Shown here: positions 1-13,547 of the stretch, piece by piece
How positions within the stretch are numbered: position 1 is the stretch's first letter
How the letters are laid out: each line of letters begins with the position of its first letter
DNA from: Vicugna vicugna
Taxonomy: Eukaryota
NCBI GenBank assembly: GCA_013265495.1
Contig: MU058054.1
Span: 310,001-374,000, forward strand
Direction of reading: 5' to 3'
DNA length: 64,000 bases
The notes under the pieces: generated by a model
Database searches by the model: none
The model's input: the letters and a program-made list of their open reading frames with translations, nothing else
Told to the model about the DNA's origin: nothing
Position numbers and translations under genes: made by a program

Positions 1-797
1 ATAACTGGAAGTTTGTACTTTTTGACTACCTTTTCCAATTGCTCCTTCCTCTACTGCTAGTAACCACAAATTGGTTTTCTATAATATATTTATTTTTTAA
101 GATTCCACATATAAGTGAGATTATACAGTATTTGTCTTTCTGTCTGACTTATTTCATGCAGCATAATGCCAGGCTGTTGCTAATGGCAGGATCTCCTTTT
201 TTTATGGCTGGATAATATTCCATTGCATGTGGGAGTATCTAGTATCATACAACTTCTTTATCTGTGCGTCTGCTGACACTTAGGTCGTTTCCATGTGTTG
301 GCTATTATAAGTAATGCTGCTATGAACATGGGGGTACAGACATCTCTTTGAATAGTGTTTTGTTTCCTTCAGATATAATCCTGGAACAGGAAATGCTGAA
401 TCATACGGTACTTCTATTTTTCATTTTTTGAGGAACTTCCATATTGTTTTCCATAGTGGCCTTACCAGTTTGCAATCCTACCAACAGTGCACAAGGGTTC
501 CCTTTTCTCCACATCCTCACCAACATTTGTCATCTCTTGTCTTTTTGATGACGGCCATTCTAACAGGCATGAGGTGACATGTTACTGTGGTTTTTGATTT
601 ACATTTCCCTTATGATTAGTGATGTACCCATTGGTCATTTGAATATCTTCTTTGGAAAAATGTCTATTCAGGTCCTTTGTCCATTTTTTAATTGGTTTGT
701 TTGTTTATTTATTGCTATTGAGCTGTATGAGCTCTTTATATATTTGGGATATTAACCTCTTATCAGATAAACAATTGCAAATTTTTTCCCCCCATTC
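1..797 (-). mobile_element. LINE-1 fragment (ORF2 C-terminus and 3' UTR), truncated by the window edge
   Basis: Typical antisense L1 text such as 'agattccacatataagtgaga', 'ccaacagtgcacaagggttcccttttctccacatcctc' and 'ggaaaaatgtctattcaggtcc'. Confidence 0.92.
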
Positions 798-1309
798 CAA
801 ATGAAAGACTGTCTTTCACTTAGTTCTTTCTGATCGTCTCTTCAAGAGACATGACTGAACGGCTACTTGGGGCCGTGCACAGTGCCAGCTGCGGGGGATG
901 CAGTGGTTGTGAGAAAGCCTCGCTTTCTCACTGCGCTGTAAGCTCCTGGAAGGCAAGATGAGTATTTCCTTAGCCTCTGTATTTCCAACTCCAGTACTTG
1001 GTCTGGGAGCTGCTTGTTCCTGGTTTGCAAGGAGAGAAGGAGCTATGGCCACAAAGTGCATCCGCACACAGCCTCGCCACTGAGAAAGTTTTGCTACCAA
1101 AAAAGAATGTCAGCCGAATTAAACAGAAGACTTTGAGACATGCTTAATTTATATTCTGGCACAAACTCCTTATTTTGTGTTCAAGTTCAGATACTACCAC
1201 TAGCCCAAAGTCCGTATTTGAGTAGCAATAAACGAGAGCATCTAGCAAGATATTCTGTGTATACAATGTGCTCAATAAGGTTTGCTGAGTTAAAAGAAAT
1301 TTCTCCCAA

Positions 1310-2066
1310 GGGAACCCTCCTACACTGCTGGTGGGAATGCAGTTTGGTGCAGCCACTGTGGAAAACAGTATGGAGATTCCTCAAAAGACTAAAAATAGAC
1401 TTACCATATGACCCAACAATCCCGCTCCTGGGCATATATCCAGAGGAAACCCTAATTCAAAAAGACACCTGCGTCCCAATGTTCATATCATAGCAGCTTA
1501 CAATAGCCAAGACATGGAAACAGCCTAAATGTCCATCAACAGATGACTGGATAAAGAAGTCGTGGTATATTTATACAATGGAATACTACTCAGCCATAAA
1601 AAAGAATAAAATAATGCTATTTGCAGCAATGTGGACGGCCCTGGAGTATGTCATTCTAAGTGAAGTAAGCCAGAAAGAGAAAGAAAAATACCATATGATA
1701 TCACTCATATGTGGAATCTTAAAAAAAAAGAAGGAGAAGACAAATGAACTTAAATATAAAACAGAAACAGACTCACAGACATAGACTAGAGACTGTGGTT
1801 GCCGGGGGGAGCAGGGTGGGAAGGGACAGACTGGGAGTTCGAGATTTGCAGATACTAACTGGTATATATAAAATAGATTAACAAGTTTCTACTGGATAGC
1901 ACAGGGAACTACATTCAAGATCTTCTAGTAGCTCATGGTGAAAAAGAATATGAAAATGAATATATGTATGTTTATATAAAACTGACTGGAAAATTGTGCT
2001 CTACACCTGAAATTGACACAACATTGTAAACTGACTATAACTCAATAAAATTAAAAATAAATAAAT
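1310..2066 (+). mobile_element. 5'-truncated young LINE-1 with A-rich tail and target-site duplication
   Basis: ORF2 C-terminal peptides GTLLHCWWECSLVQPLWKTVWRFL and MEYYSAIKKNKIM, then AATAAA and an A-rich tail. TSD: aaaagaaatttctcccaa (1292-1309) and aaaagaaattgctcccaa (2067-2084). Confidence 0.95.
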
Positions 2067-2682
2067 AAAAGAAATTGCTCCCAAACTCAGCAAGTAATGT
2101 CTCTTGGAAGCTGCTCATTTCTGTAATTGTGAAGGTAGAACGAAAAAGGAGAGAAGGTTCCGTGGCTGGATAAACTGCAGAACATATGCCTTCAGTTTTT
2201 GCTGCAGGTTGACAAAACCAAAACACAGTGATAGCTCACAAATTTTCACAGCCTCCCTTGAGCTAACTAACTAACAGACAGGTGCAAACTGCTGGTGATT
2301 ACTTTCTCTCTTCCTGTTTGGTTTATTTGCACTGAGGTTCAGGCCTCAGCCAGGCCCCTGGGGCTGTGTTTAGACACCAGCTCTCTGCTTCCACCATGGC
2401 CCTCCAGATGCACCACGGCCCTCCAGATGCAGGACGGGGCTGAGGTGGAGAGGACTATAAGGAGTGAGCTGAGTAAGCCTCCTACAGGAGCATCTTGGCT
2501 TCACAAGCATGTCCTGCTGAAATTCTATACGTTTCTTTGTGGGAGATTTGTATTTAGTTTTGTTTTTGATTGTTAGAAATAGTCTGACTTGGCTGAACTT
2601 CTCACAACCATAATAACAACCCCTTGCTCACTATGCACCAATAGATATTAGCTTTGATGGAGTGCAGAACAGTCCCGTATTC

Positions 2683-2820
2683 TTCCTGGCTGTGTGACTC
2701 TAGGCAAATTAATTAACCTCTCTGAGCCCCGGTTGCATGCATCCGTAAAATGGGAATAAGAATAATTCTCACAGTGTTTGTGTGAAAGCCAAGTGAAATA
2801 ACATACTTAAAAGGACTCTG
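2683..2820 (+). mobile_element. MIR SINE fragment
   Basis: MIR core-like 'ggctgtgtgactctaggcaaattaattaacctctctgagcc...gtaaaatggg'. Confidence 0.75.
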
Positions 2821-3204
2821 TAAACACATGTGTTTTACAAAATGTTGACTGTTTAGGTTAATTTCCCTGAAAGAAAACTTTCTTTTTTAAGGTTAGACAG
2901 GAGCCTTCTGAATTTATCTGCAGCCCCAAGTTGTGTGCAAATAGTTGCTCTAATTTCTTTTAAGTAATTTCAGACAAGTTGCAGTACAGATTTTGACTAG
3001 TATGACTGTTAGAGGGCCTGGCAGTTTCCCTCATATCTGAGCTGTGTCTCACATGTGTGCAGAAAGTAATACACTCACAGAAATACCCCAATGTCCTGCA
3101 AAGCCTGGCTCATTTGTCACCCCATTCACAAAGCTTCCCCACATACCCCCTGGCTAGAAGAAATCTTGCCTTTTCCAGAACTCATTTTACCTGTTAAACT
3201 CGTA

Positions 3205-3620
3205 GTTCAATTTAGTAACTATTTATTGAGCATTCAACTTGGGGCTGGAGATTGGGCTAAACGCTATGGATACAACAATAAAAAGACATGATCTAATCCT
3301 CTAGGAACTCATGGTCCAGTTTATGGCTGTGTAACCCAGTTACCAGCTGTGTAGACAAGTCACTGCCACAAAGAGTTGAAAAGGGCACTAACAGAGGTAG
3401 CTGCCAGAAAGAAGGATGACATGTAATAGGAAGTCATCAACCCCCACGGAAGCAGGCCTGAGAAAGCCTCAGAGAGGATGTGCCAGTTGGGCCTTGGAGG
3501 CTGAGTAGGAGTTCGCCACGTGGATGTGAGGAGAGGGCATTCTGGCCGAACAGCCCAAGCAAAGACATGACCATGTGAGGAGGCCTCGCGCACTGGGGGA
3601 CTGTCAGACCGTTAGAGCGC
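3205..3620 (-). mobile_element. LINE-2 3' fragment, degraded
   Basis: 'tatttattgagcattc...ctaggaactcatggtccag' and 'ggccttggaggctgagtaggagtt...gagggcattctggccga' resemble antisense L2. Confidence 0.6.
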
Positions 3621-6600
3621 AGGCGGCGTGGAGGGAGCGCCACGGGCTGGAAGGGCGGGAGGAGGGGAGGGAGGGCCTTTGGCGGGTCGAAGGTTCTACC
3701 CTGTGCTTGGCTGTCTGTATCCCCATCTTCCCTGGGAGACGGTGGGCTGCTTGGGGGTGTGACTTGGGGCTGACAAACGGCTCCCTGGCATCAGGCAGGA
3801 TGCTCTGCCCAGAGCAGACACCCCGCAAGTCAAAGCGGTGAGTGTGCACAGAGACGCACACTCATCTCACGACGGCAGAAAAGGCTGCCGGAATGCAAAT
3901 CTGTACCCGACATGCCGCGGGTTACGATTCAGCCGGCCCCAAAAAGCCATCCTCACGCCTTCCTCTGGTACTTAACCCACTTTCCAGATGACACACACCG
4001 CTGCCTGCACAGGAGAGCTGGGAAGGGGGCCGTTTCCCAAGGCAGGGAGCCGATCTGCCCAGCCAAACTCTGCTGACCTCCCCGACAGGGGGAGAAGGAA
4101 AAGCTCGTTTTTGGAGCAAGAACGCTCCAGCCCTGGAGCCGGAGCCTCAGGCCCCGCACACGGCCAGCATCCCAGGGTGGCCCGTTTGCCCTCGCGAGAG
4201 TTACAGCCAGCGTATTCCAGAGGCAAGCCTGTGGCTTAAAAAAAAAAAAATCATGTTTAATTTAAAAATTAGAAACTGGAACAGGCTGTGAGCACAGGGG
4301 TTGATTGAAACAAAATTTAAATTCCTGTCAAGCCCATTTAAACACGGGGGCCCTTCATAGACAATTAGCTGCTCCCTGTGAACGCGGAATAAACTCAGGC
4401 CTGGTCACTGTGAGGAGAGAGGCGCCTACTGTGAGGCGCTGGAAAAAAAATTAACTAAAATCAGGCTGTATGAAATATTTAGCCTTCCAGTACATCACAG
4501 GGCTTTGAAAGTGTAAACAAGACAAAAATCGATTCCTTGGTGCCCTCAAATCAATCCCCCAAAATGGTTAGGGCATCTGTTTCTGCTAAATTTTGTTTAC
4601 ATCGGCAGATCTGCCTTAATTGCAGTTGTTTGTCTCACATTGTCCCCGGGGCCCTAATCTCCCGATTACTAATACTTAACACTCATTTCACATCTAAAGC
4701 TACTTCTAACCCTCAACAGGTTTTGGGGGCTCTTAAAACGCAGAGGCGGGAGACACAGCCTCTTTGTGAAAGGAACGTTTTCTTATCTGCTACCAGCTGG
4801 GCCCCATCGTCGCCAGGGATGGCAACAACAAAGGTGCTAAAAGGCTCTTCCACAGTGACTGCTGCTCCGCTGGGGATTCGGAGGAGAAAAAAGAGCTTTG
4901 ATGGAAAAATCTGAACAAGAGGCTAAAGCCGTCCAGCCAAATAAAGTTACTGTCATAATCAAACGCTGTCAATCACCATGAAAATCCAATTAAAACTGTC
5001 TCAGCACAGCCCTCTTAAGTGGAAAAATGTACCCTATTTATACAGATTTTTGTCAACGCCACACCAATCCCACGATTAGAAAAGTACTGCTACTAATTGA
5101 ATCCCCCCCAAGCCCCCTTCCCAAGTTTAAAGGGAGACGCAGGCCATTCGGAAGCCTTCTAAGGGAGCTGACACACACAGGCTATTGGTATACAATTAAG
5201 AGTTAATCGGGTTACATTTGAAAATTCCATTTTTATTTGTGTCAAGGGAACCTTTGCACGAACAAGCGAATGGTACCTACTCTCCTACTTTAGAATCAGT
5301 GACCATTTCTGCTAAGAGAACAGAGAAATGGTAAACCAGGATACTGGAAAGAAACTAGTCCACGCTCCGGCAAATGTCTCTCGGAAGACCACGGCCTAAT
5401 GTTTAATTCTAATCTTGAAAATTAAATAGAGGACAGAGGCCTGAATGTCTCCACTGCCTTTCTGCAGTTCCTAAATGGCCGAGTGAACCTCAAATTATCC
5501 GCGGGCAGATTCGGTCCCCCCAAATAACTGTGTGGCTTCCAAAAGGGCTCGCTGAAACCACAAGGCTCGTGGTCCCCAAAGGTCTCTCTCAAAACTGCTA
5601 CAAATTAAAAAGCAAACAACCCATTAAACAAATCCAGCTGGTTACAACTGTAAATAGGAGGCTTTGAATATTTTTCCAGCCCTTGAAATTCCTGGTTAGA
5701 CTCATTAATTATTGATAAGAATGACAGCCATTTATTGGAGTGTACTCACAGGAAAATAAGTTTGCTGCTTTCAACAGCAATTCCCAAATCACACAGACTG
5801 GGCTTCAAGAACCCTTCATAATTTCCCCCAACAAATGGCTAAATGTCTTTGGGTTTTTCAGCCTAATCCATTATCCCCGAGAGCTGGGGGGCAGGGTGGT
5901 CCGCATCTGATACGCTGATAGATGAAGACCTTGGGGTCCCCTGCCATCAATCTCACCAGGCGAAGATGGTGCTGGCCAGGTGGTCTCCGCGAAGTCGTGA
6001 CTCTCTAATGACCTCTTGGTTTGGAATTAACTGTCCAAGGTGAGCTCTCGAGGGGTCAGAGCGCAAGCCACAGATCCCAGGTGCTGCCGGGCAACACCTG
6101 CTGGACGCTTTCTTGCGGTTTCCATACCTGCAGGGTGGGATGGCCGAACCCTGGTGCCTGTTCTGGTTGGTCACGTGCTACTGGTTGTTAAATGCTTTGA
6201 ACAGGATCCCTGCAAACACTGCGACGTCCTGGAAATTCCACCGTTTTGGCACCAAATAATTCTACCTACGTGACCTCTCACAGCAGGAGGTCAAACAAAA
6301 GCCTCTGCTCAGACCATGTATTTCTAGGATGGTCGCCCTTACACTGAAGATCGCAGAGCCCGGGGATTGTTCTTGGGTCAGCCTCCTCCACTCTTCTCTG
6401 AGTTCCTGGAGAACAAGGGACACGTCTTGTTTCTCTTCAGCTGTTCAGTGTCTAGTACAGTGTTTTACTGAAATGGATTAGAGTGCATGGCACATGCAAA
6501 GAGCAATCTTCTTTTAATCAGAACAGAGAACTTGCCCGAATGCCTGCAGCCGAGGGCCAAGCTAGGGACTGAATTAGAGACCGTGCTGCTTCTTCTTCAA

Positions 6601-6651
6601 GAACTTACAATCTAGTTGGAGAAAAAAAGGTATCTGACCAGTGAGTTTCAC

Positions 6652-6836
6652 CCGTGGCTGTTCCTTATAATCACCTGGGGAGCTTTTAAACACCACCACC
6701 ACCACCACCAAACCCAAGTACCTGCTCCCTCACCCAAATGCCAGCGGGTTGTTGATCTGGGTTGGGATCCACGCATTTTTTTTTTTTTAAACGCACTCAG
6801 ATGATTCTGATGAATTGCTGGGGTTAGGAAACACCG
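6652..6836. mobile_element. MER5-like hAT-Charlie DNA transposon remnant containing a (CAC)n expansion
   Basis: 'aatcacctggggagcttttaaa' and 'cagatgattctgatg...gggttaggaaacac' match MER5A landmarks. Confidence 0.7.
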
Positions 6837-9800
6837 TGCCACATGGACCAACTTACGACTTGACCATGAATGCATAATTTATGGAATTAAGTGCTGTTTC
6901 AAGTTAGAGACAAATTCTGGACGGCTTCCGAGAGGGGAGCAAGCATTGTGAAGGGAAGAGGGGAGAAGCGGGAGGGAGGAGGACGGAGACCTTCGAGGGC
7001 AGCGGAGCGGAGGGCACTGGAGGCTGGGGCCACACTCGAATAACACAAATTCCCTGTGAGCCGAGCGGCGCCGAGTAAGGAATGGATGTACCACACACTC
7101 CAAAGACCCAGCTCAGCCACCTGTGAACGGGGCCGAACACTGGAAAACGGCCCCGCCGACCCACGCCGCTGCAGCCCAGGTAACCAAACCACTCCTGTGG
7201 TCAGGGTTCTACAGCCTCATTGTGCCTTGAAATGTGATGCTGACTGATGCTGTCAGTCCAGTGAAACAAGAAAGAAGCATCGCAGGCAGGAGTTCAAAAA
7301 ACAGCCATCTTAAACAGGCAAATCATCACCATATTAAGAGATCTGACTTGACTGATAGAGGAAAAAAGTTATCCCTAACCGGGAAATTAAAACTGTCAGA
7401 TCGCCGTGATCAAGGAATGACAGATTTTATCTATCTGTATCTCTCCTGCTCTGTGCATGTATATAAACACACACATATATTCATCTGCTGAAGTCCTGTG
7501 AAAAGATTAAGCAGTCACGTCTATGGGAAAACAAAGCTTGTTTTTCGGGGTTATAATCTCTCTGTTCTTGCTGAAGTGCTAACGTGTCATCAAAAAATCA
7601 AATTAGAGCTGTCTGATTTAGTGCGATCTCAAGCATTCAGACAGTGATTCTGCTGTTGTAATTATGTGCAATTAAAAGCTAAAGTCAACTTCGTACCAGT
7701 GGATTCCTATTTATAAGCAGACACAAACAGGTGATTTTAATGGCCTTTAGAACTTGAAAAAAGAAATCATTACATGGTCGTCAGCTGGACGCTCTAGGTG
7801 GAGGCCCTGGGCTTCTGGGAAGCCTTCTGGACCTGACGGAACTACTGAGTGACAGTTACAGTTTGAGTTAGGGCAAATTCCGGGTGCCTCTCCAAACGAA
7901 CAGCCAAAGCATTAGTGATGCTTGCAAGAACCGGCAGCCAGACACACAGACCTAAGTCTGGCCCTGACGCTCTGCTTTAGAAATGCTCCCTCTGATGCAG
8001 GCCGAACAGCTAAACACGGTACACCACAGCCAAGTTCAGAAGAGCTTATTAAACCATCATCAGTATTTTTAAAGGCTTAGAAAGCGGGCACAGTGGTCCA
8101 CGAGCACTATGCAAGGGGGCTGTGGAAATGTGTCCTTCCTCCTATTTGTGCTTAGGGCACATGTAAGCCCTGGGTCAGAATAAACTTGGACTCATCTTTT
8201 GGTCCACTGAGTAGCATGTGGTGATAAGGCTGGACTTTATCTGAGCCCCGTGCTCCCAGAGAACAATAACAGGTGAGAAATCTCCCCATTCTCCGGCTGG
8301 CTACAAACGTGACGCGAGGCCCCGTTCCCTCCTTCCTCACGACTTCCGTCAGGCTGGCTGGTGACTGCCTTGTTCACCTGCCTCCATGAACTTGGCCCCC
8401 ACCCTCTGCTCTGAGACGCTCCTCACTCCCCTGTTGCAGTGGCCTGAGTAACAGCACATCCTTGACTGTCCAGTGCACTTTGTCTTTCACAGTGGTCAGA
8501 ATGTTTGGATCCCCTAACAGTGGACAAAGCCATCTGGTGTACACCCCAAAGTCACACTGGAATTTGACTGCTGGAGAGACACAAATTTTAACATGGCGGT
8601 TCTCCCGATTTTTGAAAGGTCCCCAATTTATCACACAGTTACCTTGATTAACTTCGAGAACGGCCAACCAACCTATCTGAAAATGTAATTACAATCAGGT
8701 TTGGATAAGCAGAAAAGCTAGTGGTGACAATTTAATTTAGAGGAGTTAAACAAGTTAACATCTCTTTGCAAGTAATTAAATGTTTAAACAGATTTTTCTG
8801 GAGCAGTTTGGTGTTTATTAGCCGCCAAACAATACCACCTCCAACACATAAAGCCTTCTCTGAGAAATGAGATGCCTTCAAGTTTGCAGCTGCTGGGATT
8901 TAGACGAAGGGGAAAAAAAAATCTAAAAGCACTATTTTGATTATAACTGACACCCCTCCGCCAAGACCCACACCTGCTTCTCCTGCACTGCCAGCCCACT
9001 GTGTACTTGCTTTCTAAGCAAAATGTCAGATTTGAATTGCAAACTGCGCTCTGTGTTTCTTCTTAGGCCCCGGAATCGAAAACCAAAGCCGAGGAGATGC
9101 TAAGCGAGGACGCCCTGCTCTGGAATACACAAGGCAACGCGCAAAATCACAGGCATTATTAGAACCTACGGAGAAAACCCATGTTTTTAAACAATTACGA
9201 AAGCGGTGTAGTAATAGCATAAAGACAATTTCTGCGCCAGCTTGTTTCTCTGAAATTCTCTCTGCCACTGAACAGATAATAACTATTAGTAAATCAAACT
9301 GCTCTGCAATATCCAGCTGTGCCTCACGCATTTACATACAGATAGAATGGGTATATGTTTTTAATATGTATGCGATACGTACTTTTACCACAACCGAGGC
9401 GCGTGGTACAAAGGGAGAGGAGAATGGCAATCGGATCAGCAGGAGATAATACAGTGGCCCCGACAAAGTATTAGCCAGCGATTGATCTCAAAGCAGGATG
9501 CTGCTTCCTCTGACCTGATTACTTACTATGCATAGATTCCATTAAATAGAGCTTAGACATGGAAACCTTCTGGAAGCATTCTAAATGCATAGAGGGATCT
9601 ACAGCACTCGGAACCCAGATTGTCACAGCATAGGTGCCCGCGGCCCACACCCTGATCCAGGCGAGGCCCAGGTTCAGGAGAGGCTGAGAGGTTAAAGGGC
9701 TGCCTGACAGCTGGCAGGAAGCCCCGTGGGGAGGGCCCGCCCCTTCCCTCTCCACCCCCACGCCAAGCAAGTACCTTCCGAGTGATGCCTGCCTCCCTCC

Positions 9801-12800
9801 TGAGCTGCTGGCCCGGTCCTGGCCGCATAGGTCCAACTGTCAGAGGTGGGAAGGCAGTGAGGGAGCTGCACAATCACTTAGGGTCATGGGCTCCTTTGAA
9901 AAAACTGATGACCCCCATTTAAAAAAATGCTTAAAAGATGCAAATCCCCACGTGCAATACACGACTTGGGGTGTAACTTCAGGAGCACTCACGGACTTGC
10001 TGGAGTCCAGGAGCCTCGGCCAAGGACTGCTGGTCCGGTCCATCCCTTCATTTTGCAGATGAAGACACAGAAGTGGGGAGGGACTGGGGAGCTGCTGACA
10101 AGGGACGGAAGCAGGGGGCTTGCCCTGATAAATCTGCCTGGCCTTTGGTACAAAGGAACCCGAAAGGAAGATTAATTCAGCAGAAGGCGTTCTCTGCGGT
10201 TTACACAAGCCAACAGTCTATACAATAAGGTTTCTCACCAGGTCCCTTTTATCAAAAAATATGTGAACATATAATGCGAATAGCAGAAGCAGACGCAATC
10301 CTCTCCATCACTGTGCCCTCCTCTCAGGTTACGTCGGTCCCTGAGTGCAGGGGTCTGATTCTTAGTGTTTTGCTTCCCTCAATCTGATTATTGACATTTG
10401 GGCGAACTTTCCCTCCCGCTTTCGCATCATCGTCCTCTCCCCTCTTGTTTCTGAAGTGTCTGGGGACTCGACACGCTCATGCTTGGCCCATCCTGTCTTT
10501 TTTTTTTTTTTGCCTGGAATGACCCTTTGAGAACTCTCTATTAAAATTCCATCCATCCTCCAATGGCCCTTTTCAAATGCCTTCTCCACGTTGCTTTTCC
10601 ATGTTCCCCCACATGGATTCCCACAGAACTGGCAGTCCTTTGATAGCAGTTACTTTGTTCGAGTTACATCTGGACTTGCCTGATCCCCTGCAACCCTGTG
10701 TGCACGCGGCTTACTTTTCTCTGTATCTTCTGCCGAGTCTAGCACAGGACTTTGTGTGCAACAGCCTAGAATATCAACCGAATTCAGTTCCGAGATCTCC
10801 TAAGATGACATGCATGCCGAGGATGAAATTTTTGGGTGAATTCTTTACACAGCTTAATGGCTACAGGCCAGAGAACTGTACCTGGCTTCCCCCAAATGTG
10901 GGCGGTAAGGAAATTTCTCCATCCAACTTTTAAACACTTCCACTTAGAACAGGAAAACTGTAGTCATCTTAGGAAGAGCCATGCAAAGTAGAGAGAATTG
11001 AATAGCTAAACCAACAAAATGAATTCTACACAAGGATGTTAATGACCTCAAGAATCTAAACTTGAGTTTGACATTTCATCTTTAAGAGTGATGTGGTCAA
11101 CAATTGCAAAAGATGAAGATTTTAAGACCCGGGGTATTCTTAGGGTGGCCCCACCAAGTAAAAAGACAAAAACCACTTGCGTGTCTGCTGTGTGCATGGC
11201 CAAGGCCCAGAGGTAAGGGCGATCTGGCACAGTACTCCCTGCATTCTGCTTTAACTTACGCTGGGATTTGCTGGGTTCACTGGTGGTCAGGACCACACCT
11301 GAGTTCATTTGAGAGTTCCCTGATGGTGAATCTGTAACTTTCAGTATTTCCACCTGACCTCATCTCTGACGGGCCTTCCTTTGATTTGGGAAAATGTAGG
11401 CGCATGGGGGAATCTCAACGATGCTGCAGGCCTCACAGCTGATGTGGCCCGAGCTGTGAAGAACGCGTTGGTACCCCGCTGGCCAGAGTCACTGTGCTTG
11501 GGAGATGAACTGCTCTCTTTGTGAAGGGCAGGCCCCCACCCACAGTGACAAATGGACTCTACTCGCATGCATTCCAGAGGACGCTCTCAGCTTCCAGATG
11601 GGAGCGCCATCGAATAGGTTGTAGGCAGAGATGGGAAGGGAAAAATTAAAGCCATTAATATGCTGGAAGGAATAAAGAGACTGGTTCCTTAAGACTGGGT
11701 CCCTGGGATGTGACTCAGGTTCCTCGAGCCAGAGACAAGCCGCTGTCTTTCCCATCCTTTATTGGGCCTAATGTTTCAGTCAAAGGCAGGCCACGCTCAA
11801 GCCCCTTGACCACCGGAGCTGCACGCACACTCCACTGTTTCCTGCCTCTCCAGGGGGTGGCTCACTATTGCTATACCTAGGGGAAGAAATTCATTTCAAT
11901 CAAACTGTGAGCAGTAGTAGAAATAATGTTAAATTAAGTATAGGCTAGTGCTTCCTGTGACTAAATTTTTCATTGTATTTTATTGATTTATTGATATTTA
12001 TTAATTAAAAATGTGGGACCGCACACACCAGGGTGCATAGTTGTAAAGAGATATATCGAAACATTCACTCCGCGTCTCTCTCCATACGCACAGCCCTCCA
12101 CGTACACTTGCTGCTGAAGCACTGAAAGTACCCACCCTTGAGCCTTTATGACTTGCCACCCTGGAGTGGAGCTCCTTACCAACCCATACATCCGCCCGCA
12201 TTTATGAGTGTATGTATGATCAGCAGATGTTTTATTTATAAGTGGCCAACTCATTGCAGCGCTGAAACATGCATTTACAAACAGATATCTGTTTTATGAA
12301 ACCCTATTCCTTTGTTTTAATAGCTAAGCTATCCAGCCATAGCATAATAATGTACAAGGTAAATGGGTCTCCATCTCTAGAACCTGTTCCAAGTTTTCTC
12401 AAATGTGACTAACTGCACGAATTTCCCAACCATCACAGAAAACCGCCCCCCCTAAAGAAGACCAGTTTATTCTAGACATGAAACCTGCACAGTTATAAAT
12501 TGCAGAGGTTTTAGGGGTGAACTTTAACTTGAAACTACCCTGAAAACTGAGATTTTGCTCCAGGGGTAACATGAAACAGGAAACTACTTTCCTAGAGAGC
12601 ACTTACAATGCAAAAGGGAACTGCACAGTTATTTTATATTTGGGGGTGAAATCTGCGTTATACAGAAGTGTGGGCGTTTACAGTATTTACTAGGATGAAA
12701 TACAAAAGCTGAGACCCTCTGGACCAGTATCTTGAAATGCTTATTATTTTAAGTGGCGAGAGAAAACGAGCAAGAATTTGCTCTGACTGAAATATGTAAA

Positions 12801-13501
12801 GACAGGGAATGGTACGCAAAACATTAGAAAGAGCAGATTATAATTATTATTTACTAATGCTCAATGCTAACGTTATCCTAACAGCTTGTGGGTTGTCAGA
12901 TCAACAATCTGCACTAAATAAATGACCGCTTGGGAATTGTCAGGGAGCGTCTCTGCTCCTCTTCCTGCTTGACTAAAAACTGTCATTTGCAATAAGAGAA
13001 AGCAGCCTTGGAGCTGAGAACACAGCCCTCACAGCCTTGCAGTTGCGTCTTTCTGAGCAAAGACCAAAGATTCACATTAACTTGATCTTTTGCAGCCAAT
13101 CTGATTTCATTCTCCATGAACCCAAGAGGACTCAGAATTTCTGGTAGGACTGCACTAAAAACTTAGTATGCTGCCCGTCTTCTTTGTGACCAACCCTCCG
13201 AATTCTGAGAGGCTGCGATAGCAAATGAGGACAAGGACTAACCTAAACGACCTTCGGACCCTTGAGTGGGAGGCAAAGGAGAAGAATTCTGCGTGAAGTT
13301 TCAAAGCGGCAGTAGGTTTCTACAAAATGAAAAACCACGGTCGAAGGACGTGAGCTTTGGAAGCTCCCACCCAAATGAAGTCAGCGACACTGGCTTTCCA
13401 GAGTCTGCGGATGCTTTAAATCCCATCTGGTTCTTTCAACAGAATGTTAAGCACGGATATGTAACTGGAGAATTCTAAAGTAACTAAAAAAGTCTACTCA
13501 C

Positions 13502-13547
13502 CATCAATTCTTCAGGTGCTGGCCTTTCTTTTGGCTGTTTCCGCATG
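13502..13547 (-). CDS. MAP2K5: MAP2K5 coding exon, (C)MRKQPKERPAPEELM (exon 21), kinase subdomain XI
   Basis: Minus strand reads ttttctcttacag|CATGCGGAAACAGCCAAAAGAAAGGCCAGCACCTGAAGAATTGATG|gtgag. 46 nt, phase 2/0. It completes the TG|C Cys codon and contains the conserved subdomain XI Arg (ERP). Confidence 0.97.

Noticed and set aside
2392..2429. 19-bp tandem duplication caccaYggccctccagatg x2
   Set aside because: Two copies only, consistent with ordinary replication slippage.
5957..6127. Possible extra 171-nt minus-strand exon (cccaccctgcag| ... CCTG|gtgaga) overlapping ORF 5953-6174
   Set aside because: In the MAP2K5 frame it reaches TGA after 23 codons and has no kinase similarity. Splice-like signals of this quality are common by chance. 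It would need RNA-seq junction support to be called a poison or alternative exon.
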